60,696 bases of DNA. Origin: Rotaria magnacalcarata. Its lineage: Eukaryota. Shown here one piece after another: positions 49,437-60,696 of this stretch (position 1 is its first letter; each line of letters begins with the position of its first letter). Location: NCBI GenBank assembly GCA_965140935.1, contig CBCSLL010000017.1, positions 225,104 to 285,799 of the forward strand. The letters run 5' to 3'. Made by a program: the position numbers and the translations under genes. The notes under the pieces were generated by a model. That model was not told the DNA's origin, ran no database searches, and saw nothing but the letters and a program-made list of their open reading frames with translations.

Positions 49437-52400
49437 TCACATGCGTGCTGCCGTAGGTACAGAAATTGTCGTAGTAGTATTTATTGTTGTTGTTGTCGTC
49501 GTCGTCGTCGTTGATGTTGTTGCCGGATTTGTATTAGGATTATTTAAGCTTGGATTTTTTAAAATACGTTTCGCGCGATAGTCATAGACGTAGCGACAAA
49601 AGAATATATTTTGATTATCAACACTATTTGATGGCAATAATCGGTGATGAATAGTTGCAGTATTTCTGTTTAACAGTGATTTTAACTGTTCAACTGATTC
49701 AGGATGTTCAAAAAGATCTGGTATTTTTTCACGAACGTAATAACTATAGACAAGAAAGAAAACAAATTCATATTTTAACGAAATCAAAATATTGTGGAAA
49801 TTATTTCAAACGAAATCATAGTTTATAATATATATATTTGTTTGACTCGTAAAAAAGTCTCCTTTGATTACTGTAGAAATGTTCCGAGCAAGGACTAACT
49901 CTCATTTTATTCGGATTTTCTCTAGTCTGACGAGTCGAAACATCCCTGGATTTGAAGTTTCTGAATTCGAAAATGAAAAATTCAATTTACCGATTATATT
50001 CGTTAGCATTCAGTACATAACATTTATCTTCAATGCAAGCCACATTAACACAATCCCAATATTTAGATGCTAACACTTCATTTGGTAGAAAATGTTCTTT
50101 TACACGTGCTGGCAATTCACTATGTTTAGGATGATAATACCAAATAAGCGACATTTGAATTTCTCCTTTAAAGAAATAATAATATTTCGGTTTTGTTTAA
50201 AAAGAAAAAGTTTCTTTGTCTTGCCTGATTCAGGTTCTTTCCAGAACCATTTCACCTTCGCTAAATATGGTGTCATACCGTTATGTTCAGCATTCTCAGG
50301 TCGTAATAGAACACAATCATCTGAGTTAATTATATCTTTTTCCTTGACATGTCGAATCGATGAATAACATTCGCGATAAGTCGGCGGTTTGTCAGCCTGA
50401 ACAAAAGACAAAATCAAATCAAATATTCGAATTTTACTATCGCTTATAGTAATAGAAGCATCCCTAGATGTAATTCGACTGGTGAACTTGAATCATCTTG
50501 CTAATGCTCAAAGATTCAGTGCAATCAAGAAATAAAAGGCTCATGAGAATGAAGTATATAAACAAAAAAAAAAGAAGGCTTCAGCTAATCTCATCAGAGA
50601 CTACTTAAAATCAAAAATATCAATTCAATTAGTAGTTTCCACTTGGGAAACTGCTTCGTAAGTAAGACAATAACATACATCAATTGAAACTAATTTCTGT
50701 TCACATTTTCCAAATAAAGCCCAATAATGAGAAATTTTTTGTTTCTTTCTTTGACCAGGACTTTTATTAGATCCCATTAGCGTCATTGAATGCGGTGAAT
50801 GTGATCGTTTGGGATTTGTGATATTGGTTGATGATTTCGATCGAACTGAGACTGCTGATGATGAATTAGTACGTGCTGTACGAGAGTTTTTATCATTTAT
50901 TGATATATATGTTGTTGCGGTAGCAGTTGCTGCCGATACACTACGGCGTTTATAAATTCGATGGGAATTTTTATGATCCCAATCACTAGCAAAAGATAGA
51001 TCTCCATTTGAAATGAGAATGTTTGATACAGGTGAAATAATTGTTCCCATTGGATTTGCTAAACGTTGACGTGGATGTGATGGACTTATACTTAGATTGA
51101 CACCGGAATTTTTCATAGGCGATGTGATGATTGAATTAATTGTATATAGATTTTTTTCACCAATTGATGGAGTCGGTGAACTGAATAGACAAATTTTTAC
51201 ATTTTCGAGAATGAAAATTTTTCAGTATATTTACCTATTGGGTTTTGATCCGGAATTAACACGTCCTTTAGTCGGAGATGTTCTTTTAGCATTCGTCTTT
51301 TTAACTGCTTCATCATGTTCATTGATATAAGGTTTTTGATTTGCTGATAAATGTTTAATAGAAAAATTTAATGCTTCATTTTCTATCGTTGGTGATAAAG
51401 GTATATCTGTAATTGAAATTTGCTGATGTTCTTTTTTAACAACATTATTTACACTTAATGGCAATATTGTTTTTGTTTCAACAAGCTGTTCTTTATTAAC
51501 TGAAACACATGATTTTTGTGGAGACAATGGTACTGTGGTTGTTTTAGTTGGATTCGGAGATTTAAGCAAAGATGATGTATTTGAAGATAGTGGTGGATTT
51601 GGATTATGTATATGATGATGATGATGGGTATGTAAATGAAATGTTAATGCTTCTTTTTTTGGTGATATAGCTTGTTTCTGTTGTTCATCATAGGTTGATG
51701 ATATAATCGACTGTTGTTTTATAGAATTATTTGAATTGTTTATTGTTGTAGTTGTTGTTGATGATTTTTTCTGTTTAGTTTCTAAATGTGTTGTTGTACG
51801 ATGACGTGTTATAGATGTTTTATGATGAACAACTGGCGATGGTGGAGGCGGAAGAGTTGATGATGGTGGTAAAAGACAACCTGCCGACTGACTAAGTAGT
51901 GATGCAGATGTTGGAAATGTCCAAGCTGAATAAAAAGAAAAGTAAAAGAAATAAAAATAAACAAGAATTCTATGTGAAGTATAGAAAAGAAAAGAAATAA
52001 ATCGTCAAATGATCATTGGAAAAAATACACTGATAGTTCGATAATCAATTAGTAAGGAAAAAAATAAAAATAGAAAGAAAGCATCTTTTTGTAAAAAAAA
52101 GGTTGGGAGAAAAAGCGTAGAAAACAATAGGAGTGTGCGTGTATGTGTGTATTTATTTCGAAATCTACATACCAGTAGCTGCTGTCAATCAAAGAATAAG
52201 TCATTTTTCTTTCTATCTACAATAATTGAACAACATAGCATTGGCAATGAGAGGAAGCATGCAGAACAATATATTAGAAATGGGATACGGATGAAATTAC
52301 TTTTTTTTGTTTTGTTTGAGGAATAGCGGATTAAATACATAATGTATGAGAATATCCTGCTTGTATTTACACAAAAATTACTATTTATACAACTCAGTTT

Positions 52401-55400
52401 GTTCTTTTTTCGCATATTCAAATAATAACAATGCAAGAAATAATAAAGCCAAAAATTAAATAAAAAAAGAACTCATTTATAATAATGAACGAATAAATAA
52501 ATAATGTGTATGCATATATATCCAAGAGAGAAAAAGTAGCATGCAAAGTCATTCATTGATGCGGCTTACCCGGATATTGCCAACAAGGCAGAAGAGGATA
52601 GAATGAACGTAAATCAATGGGAAATGCAGCTGCAGCTGCAGCCGCAGCAGCCGCGGCAGCAGCAGCTGATGGTGCAAGAAAAGCTGGAGTTGTTGCTGAT
52701 GTAACGTTTGTTGTAGATATTGGTGTTGATGCTGTTGATGAATGTTGATGATGAAGTTCATGTGACGATGAAAGTGGTCGCGATGATAACGACGATGGTG
52801 AGGGTGTATTTACTGATGTTGTACCAAGAATTGCAGGAGTTATGGCAGTAAAAGAGTTTATCAAAGGAGTCGATACAATTGAATGATCTTGTACATTCAT
52901 TGATGGAGCTAGAAAAGATAAAATATAGAAAATATAAATTAATTGTTTTCAAATAGTGCAAAGACAAAAAAATTTAGAAAAATAATATATTGGATTATTT
53001 TTTCTTTAAAGGAAACGGTTAGAATAAATCGATGAAAATATTTCATTAGTTGAAAGAACTTCCGAAAGTACAATGTACTTGTCAAATTCCAGGGGAATAA
53101 AGCTTCCTAATCAATCATTTACATTCTAAGATAAATATTTTGCAAAGAAGTTCCTCAGTAAAGAAATGAGTTGTCCTCAAGCTTCCTAAGATCAATCCTT
53201 AGGGAATGGCACTTATTCTATCATAAGATGGAAAGTTGAAAAGACAAAAAATTGATTTAGAAAAAAAAGAAAAGAAAATCGAAACTAGTCTCTTAAGTCT
53301 ATTGAAAATTGACGATAATGTCAAAAAGATAGGTGACGGACAGTGTCGGAACCTTTTGTTTTGTTCTGAAATGTTTTCCTTACGGAATGTACTTCTCTTT
53401 TTTGTAAATCTATTAATAAATAACTCTCTTAATAAGATTATTCTTCTAGCTAAGCACATTGTTTCTTAAATTATTTTTTTGTTGCTAATTTTAAAGGTAA
53501 AATCGCAAAACTAATTCGTTAGTTTAAATGGATTTTTTCCTCTTATATTAATATAGAAAGCATACTTGTTAATGCATTTGAGCCTTTTGTTGCTGTTCGA
53601 TTTTTCTGTGCAAAATTTGTACTAGCTGTATTTGTATTCGTTGGTTGTTTGACTGCAGGCAGCGGTGGTGGTGGTGGTAGCAATGGCGTTGATTTGGCTG
53701 TTGATTTACTGTGAGTATTATTACTTTTTGTACCACATGTTGTAGCTGTACTTGTACCTGCAATTGTGGTTGATGTTGAACCAGCACCACCAACAATTGA
53801 ACCACCATTATTTGTTGCTGCACTCGTGCTTTGATTGCTATTGCTATTATTTTGACTAATAATTATTCCACGACTTGCTTGAATCTGATCGTTGTTTGCT
53901 GTTGTTGCAGATGATATCGAGGATGCAGCACCATGAAATGATTCTAGAGGAATTTCATGTTCAGGAAATGGTGGTGATAGGCGATCATGTAATGCTAATT
54001 CTTGTACCCATTTAATGAGATTATCACGTTTTGTTGTATGATACGGTGGAGTTGTGCCATGTATACGATCGTGTTCAGCTAGAACTATTTCTGTTAACGA
54101 TGGATGTTTTGAATTTGATGTTGTAGTTGTTACTGTAGTTAATGGTGCTTGATTTGTAGTTTTTGTTGTAATAGCATTTAATGATTGAGCATATTCAGTT
54201 TTATTAGATACATTCGCTATTGATGAAGCTGGTGCAGGTACATTAAATAATGATGGTGGTGGTGTTACTTTTCGACTCGTTGTTGTTCCTGCAGTGGTTA
54301 TTATTGTCGTCGTTGTTGTTGCTGCTGCAACTACTGCTGCTGCTGTTGTTGTTGTAGTTGTGGGTTGTGGTGTTGGTACTTGTACTTGAGCTACTGGTAC
54401 GGGCGGAACAGATGGAATATTAAATTTGAATGGTTCATTCGATGATTGTTCAGGTAGATCAACAATAAGATCAGCATGAGAATCATCTTTAGTTGTAACT
54501 GTACTTTTCGTACGACGTCGTCGATTAGCTGATGCTGCACGTTCATTAGCGATCGTATAACTAAAGCGACTACGTTCAATTTCATTTTGTTGCATAATCA
54601 TTGCAGATGCACGTGAACTTGCTTCACGGCGTGCACGTGTATGAATATTTAATTCTGGTTCAACTGGCTTAACATCAGCTGTCGACGAAATTTTCGATAC
54701 TTGACGTTTTCGTCGATTACTTGCTGGTTTAGGTTTAACATTCGTACGACGACGTGATGGTCGAACATTTTCATCGTCACTATTTTCTTCTTCGCTTGAC
54801 TGCTGTTTATTATTATCATTATCATCTGAATTCTCATCATTATCATCATCATCATTATTTGCTTCTTCTTTTTCATTATGCGCACTACTTTCATCATCGG
54901 TGGTTGTTGCTTTTCGTGCACGTGTTTTCCTAGTATTTGGTGTAGCTTTTCTTTTCGCTTCTACTGGTTTTGTCTATAAGTTTAAAGAGTCAAAATTTAT
55001 TTTTATGTAAATATTCAAATTTTACAAACTTTTTTCTTTTTTCGACTTGTTGCAGTTTGATTATTCTTTGACATAGGACTACTATTTGCTGAACGTAATT
55101 GTCGTTTACGAGTTGTTTGCTTCTTTTCATTGGAAGGTGGTGAAAGAACGTTAGTACAATATTGAAGAAGTGTTGCAGCTGTTAAACCGGACAAACGCTG
55201 TTTTCTTGGTGTTGTTATGGCGGCAGCAGTAGTAGTAGCAGAATTAGCGGTGGTGATGGTAACCGGTAGACGCGTTGAAGAACGCGTGCTGGTTGATGAA
55301 CGTTGCTGAAGACGACGTTTAGCTGGTGAAGATTTTTTACTTGATTTTACTGGCGTTTTCTTTTGTACAGCACCACTATTAGCACTACTACGAGTTACTT

Positions 55401-55515
55401 TTCGAATTGGAACGACTTTTTTCTTCGATTTTGATTTATTATTTGATTGAGAAAATGAAGAAGCAGCAGACGTTTTAGCTGCACGAGCAGCAGCAACACG
55501 CGCACGTTGAGACAT
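49437..55515 (-). CDS. Large low-complexity nuclear protein with C-terminal BAH domain (TNRC18 / BAHCC1 / winged-eye-like); multi-exon span
   Basis: ATG 55515 (MSQRARVAAARAAKTSAASSFSQSNNKSKSKKK...) followed by very long Ser/Thr/Ala/Asn/Pro-rich exons (53543..54601, 52553..52900 with poly-Ala from a (GCN)n run, 51231..51569, 50625..51116). BAH domain exons at about 50233-50398 (ADKPPTYRECYSSIRHVKEKDIINSDDCVLLRPENAEHNGMTPYLAKVKWFWKEPESG) and about 49996-50174 (EIQMSLIWYYHPKHSELPARVKEHFLPNEVLASKYWDCVNVACIEDKCYVLNANEYNR), apparently joined by a GC-AG intron (CAG|gcaaga...ctttaaag). Last exon: YYVREKIPDLFEHPESVEQLKSLL...poly-Thr...AARM*. Confidence 0.6.
52625..52668. repeat. (GCN)n trinucleotide repeat encoding poly-Ala (minus strand) inside the BAH-protein gene
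   Basis: gcagctgcagctgcagccgcagcagccgcggcagcagcagct. Confidence 0.8.
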
Positions 55516-56399
55516 TATTTAACAAGAGAGATGCACGTGTTATCAAAATAATTATTAAATTAAAATTTGGTTATTTTTTTACAGATATTCGTGGCTAAAG
55601 CATCTAGAATCAGGTAAATTTATTTTGAAAATCTGCATAAATCGATGATATTTTACATAGCAAATTTTCCTGTTCTACAGTGAATAAACAACAAAAAGCA
55701 AGTGCCATTGGACTCTCTTGAGAGTCCTAAGAGAGTTTTGGAGAGAAGGATGCATGTTAACATTTAATTGAATAAATATTTATTAAGTCAATTTTTAGAT
55801 ATTCGATTTAAAATATCGTTTAATACTTAAAAATATTTGATTTTACGAATTATTCTCAAGTTTACAAAAGATGTCGCTAATTCGCAGTTCTCAATTGAAT
55901 GAAAAACAATATAACTAGAATAATTAGGTCGAAACTATACAACAGATGAAAATTAAACTTCTATTTTTCTAATCGTTCGATCACTATCACTAAAACAATT
56001 ATTGACGGATGTCCAATATGAAGAAATACAGGATAGCGCGTATCACTTCATATTCGAGATATTTTTTATTAACATGTATATTATTATTAAACATCTCTTT
56101 CCTCATTTTTTATTAATTTTAACTTTGAAGAAACAAGTTTACATATGATGCAGAAAAAGGTCCAACAAGAAAACAAAAAGGACTAAATATTTCTTATTGT
56201 TCAAATGAGGAAAAAAAACTAAGCGAAAAGAAAACACACGTGCATTTACATAGGGGTTACTTGCAGAGAGAAAAAGTAAGTGAATTATGAAGTTGTTCGA
56301 AAGCATAGCATATGAATATCCACAATGATATTTTAGTTCGATTAATCTTAAATAAATTTAATTTTGAAAACTATAACGATGGTGACATTAATAATTTTT

Positions 56400-58356
56400 T
56401 ACATTCAGTTCCTTCCTCTATAAAAACCAAAATGAATATTGAATATAAAAAAATATAAACGTTGAAACTGAACCTTCAAGTAATGGATTTGATCGACATG
56501 AAATATTAAGATCTATGAATTCACCTGTTTGATTACATCGTATCACAAGACGAAAATCAAGTTGAGATTTTTTTAATTCATAACTAGCAATCTTATGTTT
56601 TGCACTATTACCAATAAATGGATAAGTGATATCACTGTTATCTACGAAAGAAAAAAAAAATAGATAAATTAATCTTCGAAATAATTTAATCTTACCGAAT
56701 GAAACTAAACAATTTAAAGTTTTAAGGTAACATTGTTTACGACGAGTAAGAATGATATTTGGAAATCTAGAGAGAAAATCATAGGAAATATTTGATTTGA
56801 TGTTCAAGAAAAAATTCATGCAATGATTGCATACTGTTTTGAATGAGAAAAAATTTCTTCTTTGCTGATTTTATAATAGATTGATGGTGACTTTATGACA
56901 ACATCGGCATTTGTTTTTTTCTTTGGAGGTGAATACAGAAGAGGATATGGATGAATCAACGAAACGTTTTGATATGGAACTGTAAGACGGGTAACACGAA
57001 TGAAAAATTCAAAATAATCAGGTAGATTGATTGGAAACTAGAAAGAGAAAAAAAAAGAATATAATTTGATCACTGAAATCAAGAGAAAATTTTATTTGTT
57101 AAGTTTTGGTTAGATTTTTCCAAAATTTAGAAAATCATTCAGCAATATTTTCTTAAAGGGTGAAAAACTTAAGCAGCCGCTTCTGATAGATGATTTGTTT
57201 ATTTCAAACGTAAGTTAATTATACTAGCATTTCCTTTGATATTTAAACATGTATCGATGATAGTGTGAATCAAAGAAAATAACATATCATTCGATAATGA
57301 GGCTACTGATTAGATCGCTTTCTTTTTTTTTTTGCTCTATTCGTATTCATTGTAACATCGTTCATGATCTATCTGTTTATACATATTCGCAGATAAACTA
57401 TTGGTAATAAGTTATAGAGGTTAAGATTTTTCTTTTCAATATATCTATAATATCTAAAATGAAGTTTATTTGAATTACTGGAATCACTTATAGAAATGTT
57501 TGAAACATTATTTATTTTAGCTGTTCTATAAACGTTCCTCTTATTTTTCTTTTTGTCATGGGACTAGTTTCTTTTCTTAGCTATTTATTTATTGATACAC
57601 ACTGAAGACGACATAGAGAACTTACGTGCACACATATATGTACGGTTATTTCTCTTTATGACTTACATCGATAGTAACATGTCGACCATGTGTTCCTTTT
57701 AAATATCGTCCAGAAACGTTCTTTTTCGTTTTCTTCTTCGTATTGACTATGTTACCATCAAGTGGTGAATTTGTAATTTCACTTAAATAGCGTACATGAT
57801 AGATGGGTTCGGGAGGATTGCTAAATGATAATGAAAAAAAGGGTTGATAATCAGAATGAATTGCAGGCTAAACAAAAACAATTTCATTAGAATTATAAAT
57901 ATTGATAATTGAAATAAATTTACAGTATAGCTAGAAACAATATGTTCTGGACAATTAGTAAAGATCGAAGGAGACGATGATTGAATAGGAGAAACTGAAA
58001 TAGGTTATAGAAAAGTGAAATCAATATTTTCGATGAATATGCTGAATTTAACTTACGTGGTTGAAAATCAAAGCTAGAATCTGATAAAAATTGATCAGTT
58101 GATAATGATTCTACTAATATTTCCTCTTCTTTAGTATTATAGTTCATTGAAAATAAATCAAATGGTGAAACAATAGCCTCTTCATCGCTTAGAACTATAT
58201 GATACATATATACATATATTTGTCATGAAATTCTAGTAAAAACTTACTTTCAGTATCCAACATATCGACATGATCCAAGCTATCATCATTAACATCGTGC
58301 ATTAGGGCCGTACTAATTAAGATGTCTCGAACAAGCGGTGATTCGTCGTCCGCCAT
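56400..58356 (-). CDS. Multi-exon gene of unknown function (at least 5 exons); span approximate
   Basis: ATG 58356 (MADDESPLVRDILISTALMHDVNDDSLDHVDMLDTE|gtaag). Exons about 58062-58200 (HMYHIVLSDEEAIVSPFDLFSMNYNTKEEEILVESLSTDQFLSDSSFDFQP), about 57668-57868 (PAIHSDYQPFFSLSFSNPPEPIYHVRYLSEITNSPLDGNIVNTKKKTKKNVSGRYLKGTHGRHVTID|gtaagt), about 56860-57040, and about 56470-56650 (DNSDITYPFIGNSAKHKIASYELKKSQLDFRLVIRCNQTGEFIDLNISCRSNPLLEG). Clean donor and acceptor signals, but no domain recognised. Confidence 0.35.
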
Positions 58357-59559
58357 TCATATAATAAGTTGTGAATTCTTTTCCAAGTTCGTTTCAGTAT
58401 AATTTATGTTTATGGATGCACAATTTTTCTCTTGGAATGAAAATATTTCAATAGATTAATCAATCAAATTAGATAAATAAATAATCAGTTAACAGAATCT
58501 GTGTGTATATCATCGGATGGCAAGTACAGAATGAGATAAATAGCTCGTTTCAGCTCATTTGTTAAATTTCGCGTCGTCGATATGGACAAAAGAAAATGTG
58601 TACATACAGTTTCTATCTTCATATTCCTTCTCTTCCTTTTCTTTTCCTTTTTCCTATTACTAAATATGAGTGTGCTTGAATTTCGTCTGGGAGAGAAGAG
58701 AACATGATTATATACGGCCACGTTTTGTTGGTCGTCTGAATAGAAGACAAATATACCATTAAAAAAAAGAAGAATTGATACAACAGTTACGACAAGAGGA
58801 AAACTTCAACATTTAAATCATATTAACAACCGTCTCTTTCTATCATGATCTCTGTCATTGTCTTCAATAGAAAAACATTTCTAAATGATTTCTTGTTGTT
58901 TTATCATAATATTTAAAAAAAAAGTATTTGAAACGAATAGTTTATGCTTACAATTAAATTAAAATTTTCTTTTGCGACGAATTACTGAAATTTTATGTTA
59001 ATTGGTTCTAAAGAGAAAAAAAACAGTAAATATGAATATTTTCTCAACTAGAATACATTACATAGGATGAGAGGGATTTCCTTGATCCCAGCAGTTTGAT
59101 TTGACCTTTGTGATAACCTGGCGATGCAAATTTCCATGATTTTGATTGAGCACGTACAGCACTGAAATGATCTTTATATCTAGAGTATAAATAAATTTAT
59201 TTTATTTTATATGTCATTTAAAAGATTATATGAAATTATTTGTGTATCTATGTAATCTGTTAATTATTTATATAATAGAATGACACATTTTGTTCGTTAA
59301 TTTCAAAATAATTGTTGTTGCTTTTTCTATATTTTATTCATCTGAAGTATGTTGCAGTTGACCAGTGATATGGACTAGGATTTTCTTCAGAAATATACCT
59401 CTAAAAATACAATGTGACAAAGGAACTACGAATTTTTAAATGAAATAATAGTGAATAACAATTCGATATTATTACCTGCGAAAAAAAGAATTAAACAAAC
59501 ATTGAGGATGTATCTTTATAATAGAACCCAGATTGATCAAAACAGACTCGCTTACTGTC

Positions 59560-59830
59560 TGTTTATCGACGGTAAACGATGTCAAAACGGTATATTTACG
59601 GCAGTAAATAGGCCGTATTTGCTCGTAATACCTGGCACAGTAATACGGCACCGTAAACGGGACTGAATTTTCATGGTTTACGGCTGTTTGTGCTCCGTAC
59701 TCTCATGATCATACGGTCCGTATTACTGCGCCAGATATTACGGCAAACTTTCGCCCGTAAAATAGTCGTAAAGTAACCGTAAACGGCCGTATACGGACCG
59801 TACTGTTCGACCTGGGTCATACTCAATTTT
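59560..59830. repeat. CpG-rich island of degenerate short motifs (TACGG / CCGTAAAC(G)) in an otherwise AT-rich region; a related ACCGG/TACCGC island lies at 60380-60640
   Basis: ggtaaacgatg..tacggcagtaaataggccgtatt..aatacggcaccgtaaacggg..gtttacggctg..tacggtccgtattactgcgcc..attacggcaaac..cgcccgtaaaatagtcgtaaagtaaccgtaaacggccgtatacggaccgtactg. The second island reads ccgccggtttaccgcggttttaccggtccggttaccggctcccattaccgcagaacggataaataccgcggtttaccgc. Confidence 0.6.
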
Positions 59831-60696
59831 AAAAAAGAAACGAGATTCAAACATGAAATAACCACAGCTTGGTTTTTGTATCAATATTTCTAGAGGAACC
59901 TTTTTCAGTTTTAAAAAGCTCTCTTAACGAAAGATTTTCTTTCTGAATGCAAGCGCTTGAATATTTGCATAGGTTACAATTAACTCATGTATTCTACTTA
60001 CGAAAATAAATTTAGGAATTTTTATCAAGAGAAGAATCATTCTAAATGAAACATTGGAAAAAAAACTAAGAGCAGTGCCATAACACCTAAGCATGTAGCA
60101 TTATTTCAATAGTAAAAAAGCAAATGCTTCGATAAGATTTTAAGTTCATATGCAAGAATATTAAGCTTTGAAACAAAACACTAAAGTCTTTTCCTGATTT
60201 AAATTAAAAAAAGCAGCTGTTTCCTCTTGCTTCCTTGCTGCGAAAGCTTTTGCTTTTCATGTGCATTCCATAACATAGTTCAATAAAGATACTCTTTCCG
60301 TTTATTTTACTCTCTCTTCTTTCTATAACATAGATAAAATATTAACAATTTTAGCTGGTAGCGACAATTGCCAAACTTCCCATGTAATAAAAACTGCATG
60401 AAAATCGGCGGTTAACCGGTTCGTCTATAATCTTTGACAGAAAAAGTCTTCCAAATCATCAATTAAACTATTTTAACCATCCTGTTTTTTTAATTTTACA
60501 TGTGATAAACATGCGCAAAAAACCGCCGGTTTACCGCGGTTTTACCGGTCCGGTTACCGGCTCCCATTACCGCAGAACGGATAAATACCGCGGTTTACCG
60601 CAAAAAAATGATCCGGTATTCGCAACATGGGGCTCTTCTTTTTAATTTTAATTTTCAACGATTATCTGTGATTCGAAAGGGATTAAGTTTGTGCAT

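Noticed and set aside
55690-55760. Short palindrome GGACTCTCTTGAGAGTCC about 200 bp upstream of the BAH-gene ATG as a regulatory element
   Set aside because: Only 8-bp arms; palindromes of this size arise by chance often, and there is no supporting conservation or repetition in the window. Noted but not called.
1-60696. Prokaryotic-style interpretation (operons, CRISPR arrays, rRNA/tRNA genes)
   Set aside because: Genes are interrupted by GT-AG introns with canonical gtaag/ttttag boundaries and encode metazoan-specific proteins (RanBP9, ACTR10, RPL23, EML). No direct-repeat/spacer arrays, no rRNA-like conserved stretches and no tRNA cloverleaf candidates were seen.

Overview
This is an AT-rich (roughly 65-68% A+T), intron-containing metazoan nuclear locus; nothing in it looks prokaryotic. 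Non-ATG codons (TTG/GTG) are called as starts in the ORF track, so each 'M' was checked against the DNA. I reconstructed about 17 protein-coding genes by reading splice sites and conserved motifs. On the minus strand: an LRRC49-like leucine-rich-repeat protein, a doublecortin + EMAP-like WD40 gene (DCX-EMAP architecture), a type-II-membrane M1 aminopeptidase homologue with degenerate catalytic motifs, a FANCI-like large solenoid protein, an intronless 181-aa gene, a TBC Rab-GAP, a small PWWP (HDGF-like) protein, a steroid-5-alpha-reductase family enzyme, ACTR10/Arp11, ribosomal protein L23, a large low-complexity protein with a C-terminal BAH domain (TNRC18/BAHCC1/winged-eye-like), and two unidentified genes. 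On the plus strand: a RanBP9/10 (SPRY-LisH-CTLH) homologue, a SOUL/HEBP heme-binding protein and an intronless orphan ORF. The interval 22.5-32 kb is a gene desert packed with transposon-like structures: four long palindromic (foldback/hairpin) elements, a piggyBac-like TTAA-flanked MITE, a possible tRNA-derived SINE and decayed ORF fragments. No rRNA, tRNA or CRISPR was recognised. I did not find a coherent novel multi-gene system. The most unusual single items are the M1 aminopeptidase homologue lacking both catalytic motifs, the density of perfect long palindromes, and two CpG-rich motif islands at the 3' end of the window.
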